Assembly (NCBI GenBank): GCA_965153355.1
Contig: OZ231126.1
Span: forward strand, 39,308,001-39,372,000
Source: Flaccisagitta enflata
Taxonomy: Eukaryota
Direction: 5' to 3'
Length of the DNA: 64,000 bases
A program made the position numbers and the translations under genes. Under the pieces are notes generated by a model, which was not told the origin of the DNA, did no database searches, and saw nothing but the letters and a program-made list of their open reading frames with translations. Each line of letters begins with the position of its first letter. The first letter of the stretch is position 1. This document shows, one piece after another, positions 1-12,258 of the stretch.

Positions 1-599
1 GTCGTAATCTGCCTTGGTAGCTATAGAGGAGTGAGAAACGACCATTGAATGAATTCTTGCCCAGTAGATTTGGATGTCGCATAGTCAAAGGGTCGTGAAA
101 AAATCATTTCAGATTGAATTTCATGGGACTTAATTAACAGGCGTTGACCGCAATATGCTAATGAGCATATCGCCTATCTGGGTAAATTCACCTTAATCGA
201 TTTTTTTTAGGACACCTTGTCTTCTTTTTAATTTCTAAATGGATTGATGAAAGACATGGAATTGGTTTTGTTTGAAAGAGATTTGATAATGGTATATGAA
301 AAATGGAAAAGCAAAATGGAAGGGGGCCCCTTGAGGATTGTAAAAGGGGCTCTCTAAGGGACATAGAATGGCCGAAATATATCATAATGAAGAAATATAT
401 CATAATGAGTATAATACCATGAGTTTTAGTCATGTTCTCAATTTCCAAATTTCAGGTAATATGGATGAACAGTTACGGTTATTAGCCCCTAGGGGCCTTA
501 GGGGCACCGAGGGCTGCCTCTGGGACCCCAAATTGCTATACTAGCTGAAACTAAAAGTCATGAGTTTTATTGTTTTCTACTTTATTCCTTTTTGACTAG

Positions 600-1075
600 T
601 CAACCAAGGATCGCACAAGGTCAGATGCCCTGCCTAGCATGATCAAATGAAGTTGTGGAGTGAGAGCCCTAAAGGGCCAATTTCCTGTAAGACACAAGGG
701 TGAATATATCAGGCCTAGAGAGACTGATTGAGGTTTTTGAAGGCCAATTTAAAGTCTAGAGGGCAGATTTTTGATCTTGAGGGATGATTTGAGGTCTGGG
801 GGGCAGGCTTGTGGCCTAAAGGACATATTTGAGGCCTGAAGACTGAAGAGCTGATTAGAGGCATGGAGGGCAGATTTGTGATCTTGAGGGCTTAGTTGAG
901 GTCTGGAAAAGCTAATTTGAGGGCTTAGAGGGCCAAAATAAGGCTTGAGAGAGCTGATTTGAAGCCCCAATGGCCAAAATGGGATACTTGGATAGAAGAA
1001 CAGACTGAGAGACGTCTAGAAATTCACCCCTGTATCATAAAGGTCATCGGCCCTATAGGGCTGCTGCCCAAAAAA
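600..1075. mobile_element. Degenerate HINE-like element carrying a tandem array (family C)
   Basis: Degenerate array of about 21 bp (GAGGGCTGATTTGAGGCCTGA-like) and end AGGTCATCGGCCCTATAGGGCTGCTGCCCAAAA, shared with the 22428-23015 copy. A second decayed copy follows at about 1110-1590. Confidence 0.6.
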
Positions 1076-1600
1076 GAACTTTGCTGTCAGAAAACTTTCA
1101 TTTGGTAAAAGGAAGAGTAACAAAGGTTATTGGTCTTTTTAGGGGGCGGCATCCAGGGGCTCCGTGCAGGTAACTATGAGTATTTGAGCAGCAGGGTCTA
1201 AGTCTTGTAGAACACAGGGGGACTTTGGGTTGTTTGATTATTTGTTCTTTATCTTTGCTCTTATGACAGTTCATCCGTTCATCTGTTTGTCAGTCCCTCC
1301 CTTATCAGCTTTGTCAGACCTCCAATTGGCCATACCAAGCCTTGCATCAGCTCTCTTAGGTTTATAATCTGTCCTCAGGTCTTTAATCAATTGTCCGGCC
1401 AGGTGTCAAGCCTAGGCTTTAAGTTTGCCCTCTCCGCCCCAAGTTTGTCTCTCAGACCTTGAGCTGGCTCAAATAGGTCCAATCGGGCCTCTCAGGCTTT
1501 AAATCGACCTTCTTAGACCAATTAGGCCTCAGAATCACGCCTCTTAGTTACCATATCTTAATTGGGACCATCAATCAGCCTTCTCAACCAGAGACCTTAC

Positions 1601-3301
1601 TAGGACTCGAAGTAGTTAACTTTAACTAGTTAGTTAACTAGTTAATTTTCTGAAAATGGGTGTAGTTAACTAGACCAAATTAACTAGTTAAGATAGTTAA
1701 AATGAAGAATTGAAAATTGATTCGATAAGTTGTTTTAAACACTTCTAGTTATGAAAAATACATTTGTAAGACTGCTTTTTGTGAAAAAAGTACCTGCAAT
1801 TAAATTTGTGCATTTGTTCATGACTTAGACGTAGTGATGCCATTATCACCTCCTAACACCACTTTATGCCTTACAGGCGTTCATATTTTGTAAACCTTCC
1901 GAGAGGCAAAAATTTCCCCTGACTAGTTTCCGACATAGATTGTCAATAGTCAATTGTCTTGTGGTAACCTTATGTGGTAACTTACCACTGGTAAAAGGTT
2001 CCAAAATGACACATTAAACATACATAAAATCGTTTAACCCTAATCAGCCACGATTGGCACAGATCTAATTGTGTAAATCTTTTATAAAATCAATTTGAAC
2101 CAATCAAAAAGAAAAAAGGAAGTTTAAACATCCAACATTTTGTCTCTCTAGACCTCCTTTCTTTCATTCTTTCTTTCATTCTTTCATTCTTTCTTTCATT
2201 TTTTTATTATTTCTTTCTTTTTGTCTTTCTTTCTTTCTTGCTTTCTTTCTTTCTTTCTTTCTTGCTTTCTTTCTTTCTTGCTTTTTTGCTTTCTTTCTTT
2301 CTTGCTTTCTTTCTTTCTTGCTTTCTTTTTTCTTTCTGTTTTTTTTTTTTTCATCCTTAGTTTTTTTCCTTTTCCTCTTTCTCTACTGAGATCTTCCGAC
2401 ACATTTCTTCCCTTTCCGAGAAGCGGCGCTTCCCGCTTCTACAAAATATGAACGCCTGATGCCTTATCTGTGGAGTCATCACAGGCTCAAAGATTATCCA
2501 TTGTTTTGATTATGGCTCAAAATGGGTCAGAAACACAGGATGGTTTGTACTAGGTCATTTGACCCAAGTCAACAATTGTCTTCTATCCTGCACTTTCAGT
2601 TATTTTTCTCAGTCCATATCAGCTTTTTCATCTTTGCAACAAATTCCATTTCCTCTTTAATCTAATAATGCTTAAGTTATTTCCAAGCGTATATTTCTAT
2701 CTCAATAATTACTACTTATTATTTAGGAATATTTCGTTTCATAGAATAGATAAATCAATTGTACTAAAAAGAATTTGATTAGTTAAGATCTCTCAGCTTG
2801 TCAATTATTTCATGAGTGTACTTTTCAGTTCCATCATTTCTATATCTGTGAATTTCCCATGAATGCGAAAGACATTAGATATGGGATCATATACATGAAA
2901 TTAATTAGGAAGTACTTTGTGTCATGAAAGTTCGAGAAACAAAATCAACTAGTCCTCCTGCTTTCATTAGGGCAAATAGAGACTTTAATGCAGTTTGACT
3001 GTCATTACTTTCTAGAAATTTGCTTTTTAAGAAACTACCTGTCTATTATTTTATGATGTTTAAGCTGCTTTGATAAGAGGTTGAGATACTCTTGAATCAA
3101 TAATTTTTCATTTTGCTATTTGAACCCGTTTTATGATACTACAACTACAAGTTTGATAAACTGACTCGATAACGGAGAGACATGAGGCTTTCCAATGATA
3201 ATACACTTGTTAACGCGAGAATCTGGTTTTAACTACTTTAGTAGTTAACTAGCCATAAAAAGTAGTTAGTTAACTATTAACTAGTTAATTTGAAACCCTT
3301 A
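1601..3301. mobile_element. hAT-like non-autonomous element with TAGTTAAC subterminal repeats
   Basis: Clusters of TAGTTAACTA at both ends (1612-1700 and 3228-3290), with TAGG.../...CCCTTA ends. The TSD is imperfect. Confidence 0.45.
1874..2458. mobile_element. hAT-type MITE nested in the previous element
   Basis: Perfect 19-bp TIR CAGGCGTTCATATTTTGTA and perfect 8-bp TSD ATGCCTTA (1866-1873, 2459-2466). Internal (CTTT)n. Confidence 0.9.
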
Positions 3302-3691
3302 AGACCACCATGACGGTCGACCATTTTTTTCTTAAATTTCTCTAAAAAAAAATTAGTGATAAGGTCATGAGTTGCCGCGTTCAAACCTGTCTTTGTTTGC
3401 CTTCTGTTATGATGGGAAGTATTTTTAAAAAATCGATCTTTACTTCTGCCCTCATGGCTAAAAAGTGCAAATTTCTGGTCAATGTGAAATCAGGTGAGAT
3501 AATGATTTCTGAGCATTATAACATCTGCCCACCAACACAACGGCGTCTGCCCACCAACACAACGGCGTCTGCCCACCAACATTATTGCCCCTGCCCACCC
3601 TCATGACAGCATCCAGCTTACCAAATCACTGCTCCTGCCCCCTGCGTTATAGCTCCTGCCCACGCCCATCCCGTGAGCACGGTGTTTCCGG

Positions 3692-3740
<49 letters not shown>

Positions 3741-3850
3741 CATCAGATCATGTCATTTACCCTGCTTTTTTCCTGACTTACGGGCTCACTCACTGTCTTG
3801 TCTCTCTCTGTCTCTCTGTCTGTCTCTCTGTCTGTCTCTCTGTCTGTCTC

Positions 3851-3926
<76 letters not shown>

Positions 3927-4223
3927 ACTCTTTCTGTCTCACTCTCTCTCTGTTACATCAGCCGCATTCAATAAGGTAGGGGAACAAGAGAATGAAATGA
4001 CAGATACCTAAGGGCTGCGGCAGTGATTTTTTGACACACGAAAAAGTGATATATTAGTTCAAAAGAAGCAAATAATGAGAATCCAATCATTGCAACGTTT
4101 TCAAGTTTCAGGCCATGGTCTAAAATTCTTTTTCCCGTTATCATTTTGTCGTAAGCCCATCACCAAATCCAATGCGTAAATTTGGTAATTTTGAATTAAT
4201 TAGAGCCAAGTTTGTTGATATTT

Positions 4224-4277
4224 TTAGAGATGATAATAAAGCAAACGCCATGTATATCGAAACAGACCAATCCAAAT
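4224..4277 (-). other. Start of probable last exon (coding tail or 3' UTR)
   Basis: Strong acceptor TTTTCTCTCTCTCAG|ATT at 4279-4278. The frame depends on which upstream donor is used, and the 3' end is not defined. Confidence 0.4.
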
Positions 4278-4337
4278 CTGAGAGAGAGAAAAAAACAGAA
4301 TTAGGAAAGTATACATGCCGCTTAGCTCAATCATCTC

Positions 4338-4597
4338 AGGGCGTGTTTCTGGTGAAGATGTAAAACACATTTGCTCCTGTAAAACGCGATCACAGCGTGA
4401 ACACATTTTCAAGAATTTCAACTGTCTTACAAGGGAGTAAGCAAAATGAGTGAGCAAGCCCGTGAATGGAGCAAGCGAGTGAAGCAAGCATAGTGAAGCG
4501 AAGCGCTGTGAAGGGAGTCATCAGAGTGAGCGGTGCGAGTGAACGAACGTAGCGAGCCCATTAGAAACGCCATTGTCTTTGACTAGAAAAACCCCCT
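4338..4597. mobile_element. PIF/Harbinger-like MITE; related copies at 4856-5089 (inverted) and 30121-30383
   Basis: Imperfect TIRs AGGGCGTGTTTCT.../...AGAAAAACCCCCT, TNA-like flanks, and an internal GAGTGAGC/GCAAGCGA-rich body shared by three copies. Confidence 0.6.
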
Positions 4598-4720
4598 TAG
4601 AATTATAGGAGCTTTGATTTCATACCCCATAACAATTTCAGTTGTGGACACGCAAGACTATAAGAGGCTTTGTTCGTCCGTCCATCGGTCCCTTGGTCTG
4701 TCCGTGTGTGTGCGCGCTTG

Positions 4721-4788
<68 letters not shown>

Positions 4789-4790
4789 TG

Positions 4791-4826
<36 letters not shown>

Positions 4827-5160
4827 CTGTCCTGTCTCGCTCGTTTGAATTACTAAGGGCCTGTTTCTAGTCACAGATAGTCCGGTTTTTAATGGGCCAC
4901 TCAGTCACTATGTTCTTTAGCTGACTTGCTTTACTTTGCTATGCTCTCTCTGCTTGCTCTGATGACTGCCTTGCTTATCTACGTCACTCACTTCCTCTTG
5001 GGAGGTTGAAATTCATAGATATGTTTTCACGCTAAAAAAGTGATTAATCAATTCAATGGGAACATTTGTTGTTACTAAAAACACATCCTTAGCGAAACAA
5101 TCATTTTGACAGAATACAGGATGTCAGTAGGTGAGGACAATGACTGAAATACTCATTTAC

Positions 5161-5272
5161 CTTTTTCGGTTCCTCCTTACAACGCAATACAACCTACAAA
5201 ACATTGCTTCCATTCCTCGGCAGTCTTTGGATGCGCCCCTCCAGCAACAACAAGTGTGCAAACGCAGTTACC
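5161..5272 (-). CDS. Probable exon 9 (GNCVCTLVVAGGAHPKTAEEWKQCFVGCIAL), end ambiguous
   Basis: Acceptor ACAATTAG|GGT. The phase-0 frame is open to TAA at 5179-5177. Candidate donors are TT|GTAGGT, TT|GTAAGG and AAG|GTAAAT (after 5161). Confidence 0.45.
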
Positions 5273-5316
5273 CTAATTGTAATGGCAACGGCATTTGGGC
5301 AGAGTTAGTGATGAGA

Positions 5317-5537
5317 AACAAGGCCGGATACACGGCTACCCCAGTCGCGTGCGGGTGGGCAGGAGCAATATTTGAGGTTAGCAAAGCATTTGGGCAGGAG
5401 CAGTGAGGCCAAAAATCTAAAAAACGCCAAAAAAGTAAAGTGTGACGGACGGACCGACGGACCGACGGACCGACGTATCGACGGACCGACGGACGGACCG
5501 ACAAAGCGGGGTGTAGAGTCGCGTGCACGCAACTAAA
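5317..5537 (-). mobile_element. HINE/DINE-1-like element, family 1 (others at about 10365-10565, 19305-19504, 26205-26392, 41795-41988, 47675-47865, 57119-57285 plus 60258-60303)
   Basis: Family consensus on the minus strand: TTT-AGTCGCGTGC-ACGCGACT hairpin, (GTCC/GTCG)n, 3' subterminal inverted copy GCACGCGACT, GCCGTGTATCCGGC stem-loop, TTGTT. Inserted in T-runs without TSD. Confidence 0.85.
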
Positions 5538-5842
5538 GATATAAGCGCCAAAAGAGCCGTTTCCAAAAGACATTGACTGACCAACTGACCAATACGTCAA
5601 GTTATCATATTTCATGTTGTGTACCGCTGACCAAAAAAGGTGCGGGTCTGCAACCACAATTGTCACTTGTCTTATTTTTAGTCGCAGACACGCGACTGTA
5701 CTCCTTGCTGTGTCAGTCTGTCAGTTGGTCCGTCCGTGCATAGCATTATTGAAAATTGTCTTTTTGAAATTCTTTTTAATGTTGTACCCTACAACATGTA
5801 GGTTATTGCAAGGTGATGTAACTTTGCAGCACTGCCGTATTG

Positions 5843-5924
<82 letters not shown>

Positions 5925-6104
5925 CCAAATGCGCGTTTCTTCAACATTTGACTCGCGCGTTATGGAAAGACTGACAAAACAACGTACTGATGGACAGACC
6001 AATGGACGGACCGACGGACAAAGCCTGCCCACAACTCAAAATGGTGTTCCATCCCAATCAGCCACTACCATGGTAAAGTTTTGATAAACAATGCCAAGGC
6101 TTAC

Positions 6105-6197
6105 CTCATAGCATGCTTTTTGTGCATGGGAGAAAAAGGAGATGGCCATCGTTACGTATGCGTCTCCGTCAAAAGCAAGTTTAGAATCACGGCTACC
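6105..6197 (-). CDS. Probable exon 8 of the same gene, reading frame ambiguous
   Basis: Tandem acceptors TTTAG|GGTAG|C (exon start 6197 or 6192) and a strong donor GAG|GTAAGC. The distal AG gives open RDSKLAFDGDAYVTMAISFFSHAQKACYE; the proximal AG gives VAVILNLLLTETHT-stop. Confidence 0.5.
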
Positions 6198-6516
6198 CTA
6201 AATGCATGTGAGTAGGCATTTAGGCAACAATGAAGCATTTGGGCATGGACTTAGTGATGCAAAAAATAATCATCAACGCCAAAAGATCTGTTTTCAAGGG
6301 AGATTTTGTCTGATTGATAGACTTACATGGCAAGTTATCACATTTCATCATCATCAAGGATGTTTCAATCGCATTTGCGCATGTGCATGCATGTGCGTGC
6401 ATGTGTGCGTATGTGGGTGTGTGCGTGTGCATGCACGAGCATGCGCGTGTGTGCGTGCATGCGTGCGTGTGTGCGTGCGTGCGTGCGTGCGTGCGTGTGT
6501 GCGCGCTCGCGCGCGT

Positions 6517-6590
<74 letters not shown>

Positions 6591-6619
6591 ACGTACAAAA
6601 GCAGCTGAACTACTCATAC

Positions 6620-6711
6620 CGGGAAAGATCCAACGTAGCGTCGCTTTCCAGTGGATTAGACGAATCTATACACATATCTGACTCACGCGATCGCCGACGC
6701 TTACTCTGGAC
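6620..6711 (-). CDS. Coding exon 7 (VQSKRRRSRESDMCIDSSNPLESDATLDLSR)
   Basis: Acceptor ATCATTTCAG|GTC and donor CCG|GTATGA. Only the phase-0 frame is open, matching the exon 6 donor. Confidence 0.65.
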
Positions 6712-8404
6712 CTGAAATGATTTGACATATGTTTTCATTTGTTTCCCCGTGTGTTAGTTTCTTCAAGCATTCATTCGTTCGTTTGTTTCTTCATTCATTC
6801 ATTTGTTCATTCTTTCCGTTGTTCATTCATTCCGTTGTTCATTTGTCTGTTTGTTTGTTTGTTTGTTTGTTTGTTTGTTTGTTTGTTCATGTAATCTTTT
6901 ATTCATTCGTTTGTTTATTTGTTCATTTGTTTGTTTGTTGTCACATGAATTGGTGGCTTACTTGGTAATTTGACAGCCTCTGTGTCCTTGTGTAGAAACA
7001 TAGTCATCAGCATGTGTCGCTCCCTAATAAATATGCTCTTTTTAGGAAAAATTGAAAAAGAAAAAAAAAATCAAAGCAGATAAATCTGAAAGGAAGGATG
7101 GTTAATCATAACTACAAGTGATTTTTTTCAATGCAAAGTAATAACGTTCTTTTTGTGGACATTAACAAAAGCGTCATTGTCACTGGATGACTTTAATTGT
7201 GCGTGCTCTGCTATCAAGGAAATGAAAAGTTGACCGTAGATATAAGAAATGGGTCTAAAAGGGTCGTCTCATCACTGTCAACAAAAGTCATTTTCCCCAA
7301 AAAGTCTATAGTGAACAAGGTGAGTTAAAATTTTTTTTGTATTCGTATGAGTGAGAGCATTCCATTTCAAAAACTAGCTTTACCTTGTTCCTCTTGGAAG
7401 TCTAAGATCGATTTTTTTACTCCCTTTTCCTGAAAAGCTAGAAAGATTTGGATTGGATGATGGAATTCTGTATGTTTGGGCAGGGGCAGGGCCGGGGCAG
7501 CCCTCAGAGGTCCCGGGTGACCTTAACTTCTTCGGGTCCTAGACCTTACAGTCAGCGGACAAAACAAAATAGATATATATATCACTCTGTTGGTTTTGAT
7601 CCAACCCACTGATGTTGAACAGAATGCTGTAAACAACAACTGGTTGTTGAAATTACAGCCGGCTGTTAAGTTACAAAGTTGGCAAAAATCCAACTTTCAC
7701 CAAATAGAATGAGACCTGCAGATTCACAATCCTGATGAAATTCTGAAAAATTTGATACGTCACACTTAAAACTTTTTGTTAGAAATATTTCTTTTCACAT
7801 TGCATTATAATTAAATTAAACATTGATAAAAAAATTCCATTTTCATATAAAAGTATATGTTGTGACATATCAAACTTTTCAGAATTTCATCAGGATTATG
7901 AATCTGCAGGTCTCATTCTATTTGGTGAAAGTTGGATTTTTGCCAACTTTGTAACTTAACAGCCGGCTGTAATTTCAACAACCCGCTGTTGTTTACAGTA
8001 TTCTGTTCAACATCAGTGGGTTGGATCAAAACCAATGGAGTGATATATATACCTATTGTGTTTTGTCCGCACTGCATGGCCTAACGGTAGTTACTCGGAA
8101 AAAATGCCTCGGCATAGCGGCCCATACTGGGGGGTAGTATGGACCCTCCCCATCACATCCATACCAAGAGCCAAATGTTCTACTTGGAAATTAGGCCAAA
8201 ATGGCCTCATATGGCCATTTCTCAGGTCATTTTGGCTCTACCATGGAATTCACGTTTTTTTTTTTCATTTGAGTGAATTTTTTAACTGATGACAACGTTT
8301 ATTTTGTTACCTTTGCATACATGCCGGGCCGAGGCAAGAAGAAAATCTGGTCAAATTGACGTAATGTGGCCTGATTTAAGGCCAAAAAATCCATTTCAGA
8401 AAGT

Positions 8405-9053
8405 AATAGTCGCAAAAGCGTTATATGGTCAGCGGTACCCAATGCCCCTAAGCCCCTGAGTGTATGTGGGAATGAGATGATGAGAGGGCCAGCTGCCCTG
8501 GAGGGGCCGACAACCCATGAATCCGCATAGGACAATTTTCTCTGGTTTTAGAAGCTGGTGTGGGGATCTGAGATGCTTGATTTAGGGTCTGAAAGACCTG
8601 ATTTGAGGTCTGAGGGGTCTAATTTGGGGCCTGAAAGGCCTGATTTGGGGTCTGAGAGGCCTGATTTGGTGTCTCAGAGGTCTAATTTGGGGTCTGAGAG
8701 GCCTGATTTTTGGTCTAGAGGTCTGATTTGGGGTCTAGAGGTCTGATTTGGGGTCTGAGAGGCCTGATTTGGGGTCTGAGAGGCCTGATTTGGGGTCGGA
8801 GACACCTAATTTGGGGTCTGAAAGGCCTGATTTGGGAACTGAGAGGCCTGATTTGGGGTCTGATAAGCCTGATTTGGGGTCTGTAAGAATGGTTTTGGGT
8901 CTGAGAGGCCTTATTTGGGGTCAAAAGGGCTTCATTTGCAGTCTGGGAAGCCTGTTTTGAGGCTGGGGGGGGATGGACAGACAGATGGAAACCACAGAAA
9001 ATTGCCCTAAGTGGAATCTAAGATCATTGACCCTCTGAGGCTACTGCCCAAAA
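8405..9053. mobile_element. Family C HINE-like element with 21-bp array (TGAGAGGCCTGATTTGGGGTC)n, nested in B
   Basis: End AATAGTCGCAAAAGCGTT...GGTCAGCGGTACCC, internal inverted repeat, other end CTGCCCAAAA. Confidence 0.8.
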
Positions 9054-9252
9054 GGATTTGAAAACATTTAGATAAGCTAAATGTTTAAAAGTCGATAAAA
9101 TGGATTTTTGGCCTGAAAAATGCCTTAGATCAGGCCATAGTAGGTCAATTAGACCTGATTTTTTTCTTGCTTTGGCCTGGCATGTATCCATAGGGTTATG
9201 AAATACCTGTTGGCATCATTTCTAGAGAAAAAAAGTCAGTCATATGAAAAAA

Positions 9253-9407
9253 AACAAGGCCGGATACACGGCCACCAGTTGCGGACGGGTGGGCAGGAGC
9301 GGAAATGCACGTTTTCACACTTTTCGACTCGTGCTCACCGACTGACGGACGGACGGACGGACGGACGGACAAAGCCTCTTATAGAGTTGCGTGTTCGCAA
9401 CTAAAAA
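9253..9407 (-). mobile_element. Short HINE (family 1/2 hybrid ends) nested in B; similar copy at 24836-24983
   Basis: AACAAGGCCGGATACACGGCC...GTTGCGGAC...(GGAC)n...AGAGTTGCGTGTTCGCAACTAAAA. Confidence 0.8.
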
Positions 9408-9870
9408 CCGAAAATCCCATGAAAGAGCAGAAATGACCTGAGAAATGGCTATATTAGGCCATTTTGGCCTAATTTCCAAGTAGAACATTTGGCTCTTGGT
9501 ATGGATGTGATGGGGAAGGTCCATACTACCCCCCAGTATGGTCCGCTATGCCAAGGCATTTTTTCCGAGTAACTAACATTAGGCCATACAGTGTCCGCTG
9601 ACTGCTTACCTCCATTTTGGCGTTTCCCCACATTTTAAAAAACTCTGACCCTCAAGGGCCTCCCATATAAAAACCTTCCTAAAGTCGCAACGAAACTGGG
9701 TGCGATGGACATGGCAAGTACTGAAGGCTGTGGACCATTATCAGTGAGTAGGAAAGCAAGGCTGGGTACACGGCTACCGAAGTCACGTGTGGGTGGGCAG
9801 GGACCATATTTGAGGTCACTAGATTATTTAGGCAAGAGCAGTGATGTCAAAGAAATAAAATCATAAAAAA

Positions 9871-10255
9871 CAGGTCGCCCAAGGGCAATACGTGGTCAGC
9901 GATACCCATTGCCCTGCTTTGCATGGTTGTAAATTGGAATGAGAGGCAGCGGCCCCGAAGGGGGCGAAGTCCTGTAGAACACAGGGGACTTTCGTTTGTT
10001 CATTTGTCCGTCCGTTCGTCCATTCGTCCGTTCGTCTGCCCCCCGACCCTCTCAGGCCTAAAATCTACTTTCTCAGGCCTAAAATCTGCCCTCTTAAGCC
10101 TGAAATCTGCCTTCTCAGGCCTTCAGTCTGAGAGAGCAGATTTCAGGCCTGAGAGGGCAGATTCAAGCCTGAGAGGACAGATTTCAGGCCTGAAAGGCCA
10201 AATTTTAGGCCTGAGAGGGCAGATTCAAGGCCTGATAGGGCAGATTTCAGGCCTC
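9871..10255. mobile_element. Truncated family C element; its 21-bp array switches orientation at about 10125
   Basis: GGTCAGCGATACCCATTGCCC end motif and GGCAGCGGCCCCGAAGGGG, then TCAGGCCTAAAATCTGCCCTC-like units followed by their reverse complement. Confidence 0.75.
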
Positions 10256-11229
10256 CCAGATAAAAACCTTCCTAAAGTCGCAACGAAACTGGGTGCGATG
10301 GACATGGCAAGTACTGAAGGCTGTGGACAAGGCTGGACAAATGGCCATTATCAGTGAGTAGGAAAGCAAGGCTGGATACACGGCTACCAAAGTCGCGTGT
10401 GGGTGGGCAGGGACCATATTTGAAGACACTAGATTATTTAGGCAAGAGCAGTGAGGTCAAAGAAATAAAATCATAAAAAAAAAGTAAAATATGGACCGAC
10501 CAACCAATCGACCGACCAATAGACGGACAAAATGGGTTGAAGAGTCGCGTGCACGCGACTAAAAAGAACAAGATTTAATATTTAACCCCCCCCCCCCCCC
10601 GACAATTAGACGGAGAAACACAAGAGGGCATAATGTTTGAAAAGCATACTTCTAGTCAGGCCAGTTTGATGAAATTTCTACTGTAGTATCTCAAAAGTGT
10701 TAAGACACTACAGGTAAAATTTCGTCTTACTGGGGCAACTAGAAGTACAGTTTTTGTTCTTTTTATGCTTAAGTGTTTTTCCGCCTATATGTCAGGCAGG
10801 TTTGAGTCTTTTGAATACTTACAGACGGAGGGACGCAACCTTTTTAAGAGTTACTAAGCTGCAACATACACATGCTCATTATTCAGGAACGAAGATGGTA
10901 CAGCAATCGCAATATGAATATAAAAATATTATCGGGAAAAAGTCAAAGTCAGTCTTCAACTTTTTGACATATTCCAGAGAAACAGGGTTTTCATTTTCTT
11001 ATTAGAAAGTTGAGTGTCTCAATCGACCGATTGCACCCTTGGACGAAATTGATAGGGTAAGTAAATTTGATCATTCTCTTTCATTTGGCGTCAAGCAGAA
11101 TGCTCTCGACAAATATTTTTTGCGTTATGATTTTTTAAAGATTTTTTCTACAAGAAATTCAAATTGAATTTTTTCAGAATTTATATGATTTTGAATAAGA
11201 TTGATAAAGGAGTGTTTTTATATTTGTTT

Positions 11230-11640
11230 GAGCATGCAAACATAAGAAAACATGTTTATGAACATAGCTGCTTATCTGTGAGGGTGTTTTTGAGCATTTT
11301 AGCTCATTTAGCTCAGTTTTTTTTTATATATTTTCAATGCAATAGATGAACAAATATTTTGATTTATGTTTAAGCAAGCAGATATAAGAAAGCATGTCAG
11401 TGAGCAGAGCTGCTCATCTGGGAGGGTATTGTTAAGTATTCTAGTTCATCTAGCTCATTTAGCTCATTAAGCTTAGCCTGTTTTCTGATTTTAGATGGGA
11501 TGAACAAATGAATGTTTTAATTAAGCATTTAACTACAAGAAAGCATGTCAGTGAGCATAGCTGGTTATCTGAATGAGTGATTTTGAGTATTTTAGCTCAT
11601 CTAGCTCATTTGGCTCAGTTCTATTTTTCTCTGATTTTCA
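11230..11640. repeat. Degenerate tandem repeat of about 145 bp, 3 copies
   Basis: Recurring AAGAAAGCATGTCAGTGAGCATAGCTG...ATCTG...TTTAGCTCATTTAGCTCA. Confidence 0.65.
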
Positions 11641-11823
11641 ATGGAATCAATACATACCATTACTCTTGATTTGATCTAACAAGTAAAACAAATTGCAGTA
11701 GCTGAAGATAAAAGCTTGGTGAAGAGGGACCAATGCTTATGACTTTTTTCCTTACGGCGACAGCCACCATTACTGGTATTGAAAAAAAGTTAGAGAATTG
11801 TGTTAAAGACCAACATTGATATC

Positions 11824-11844
11824 AACAGCAACAACAACAACAGC

Positions 11845-11925
<81 letters not shown>

Positions 11926-12003
11926 CGCAACCACAACAACCAAAGCTATAGTGGAATGCTCGATAGAAAAAAACAACCAATGGGACCAGCAGGACCAGTG
12001 ACA

Positions 12004-12066
<63 letters not shown>

Positions 12067-12186
12067 CGACACAAACAACAAATCAACAACAACAAATGCT
12101 GTCATAGGGAGCTCAATAGAAAGGATAAAAGGCAGCCAAAATAAGATATTAGAAGTACATCTGTCGATAAAATTTCAAAACAGTAG

Positions 12187-12257
<71 letters not shown>

Positions 12258-12258
12258 C
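11824..12258. repeat. Three (CAA)n microsatellites
   Basis: Directly visible. Confidence 0.95.

Larger units (their letters stand above)
8070..9593. mobile_element. Foldback element B, CMC/Chapaev-like (CAC...GTG termini, 4-bp TSD)
   Basis: Ends CACTGCATGGCC / GGCCATACAGTG, inverted arms of about 330 bp, TSD TCCG (8066-8069, 9594-9597). Confidence 0.8.
7549..9604. mobile_element. Foldback MITE A (arms about 215 bp), right TIR interrupted by element B
   Basis: TIR CAGTCAGCGGACAAAAC. Its reverse complement is split as GTTTTGTCCG (to 8069) and TCCGCTGACTG (9594-9604). 4-bp TSD CTTA (7545-7548, 9605-9608). Confidence 0.85.

Noticed and set aside
4315..4376. Apparent minus-strand exon EQMCFTSSPETRPEMIELSG
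   Set aside because: It overlaps the TIR of a Harbinger-like MITE and would need a 37-nt intron.
4090..6197. TAA/TAG stop-codon reassignment, suggested by in-frame TAR codons in one reading of the 3' exons and at 61426
   Set aside because: About 595 upstream codons contain no in-frame TAA/TAG and encode Gln as CAA/CAG. Alternative splicing or decay is the simpler explanation.
7725..7765. Hammerhead-like CTGATGA...GAAA motif (also 39476-39510 and 49268-49290)
   Set aside because: No valid stem I/II pairing or NUH cleavage triplet, and the 49268 case lacks the conserved C3.
8550..8940. 21-bp arrays (also 22550-22890, 58260-58840) as CRISPR arrays or heptad-repeat proteins
   Set aside because: The units are head-to-tail with no unique spacers and no cas genes, in a eukaryotic context, and they lie inside a dispersed mobile element.
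10822..10858. Short minus-strand exon candidate (TTGCAG|...|GTAAGT)
   Set aside because: It has a stop in the phase needed to fit between exons 6 and 7, and lies within a probable decayed MITE (about 10680-10978).
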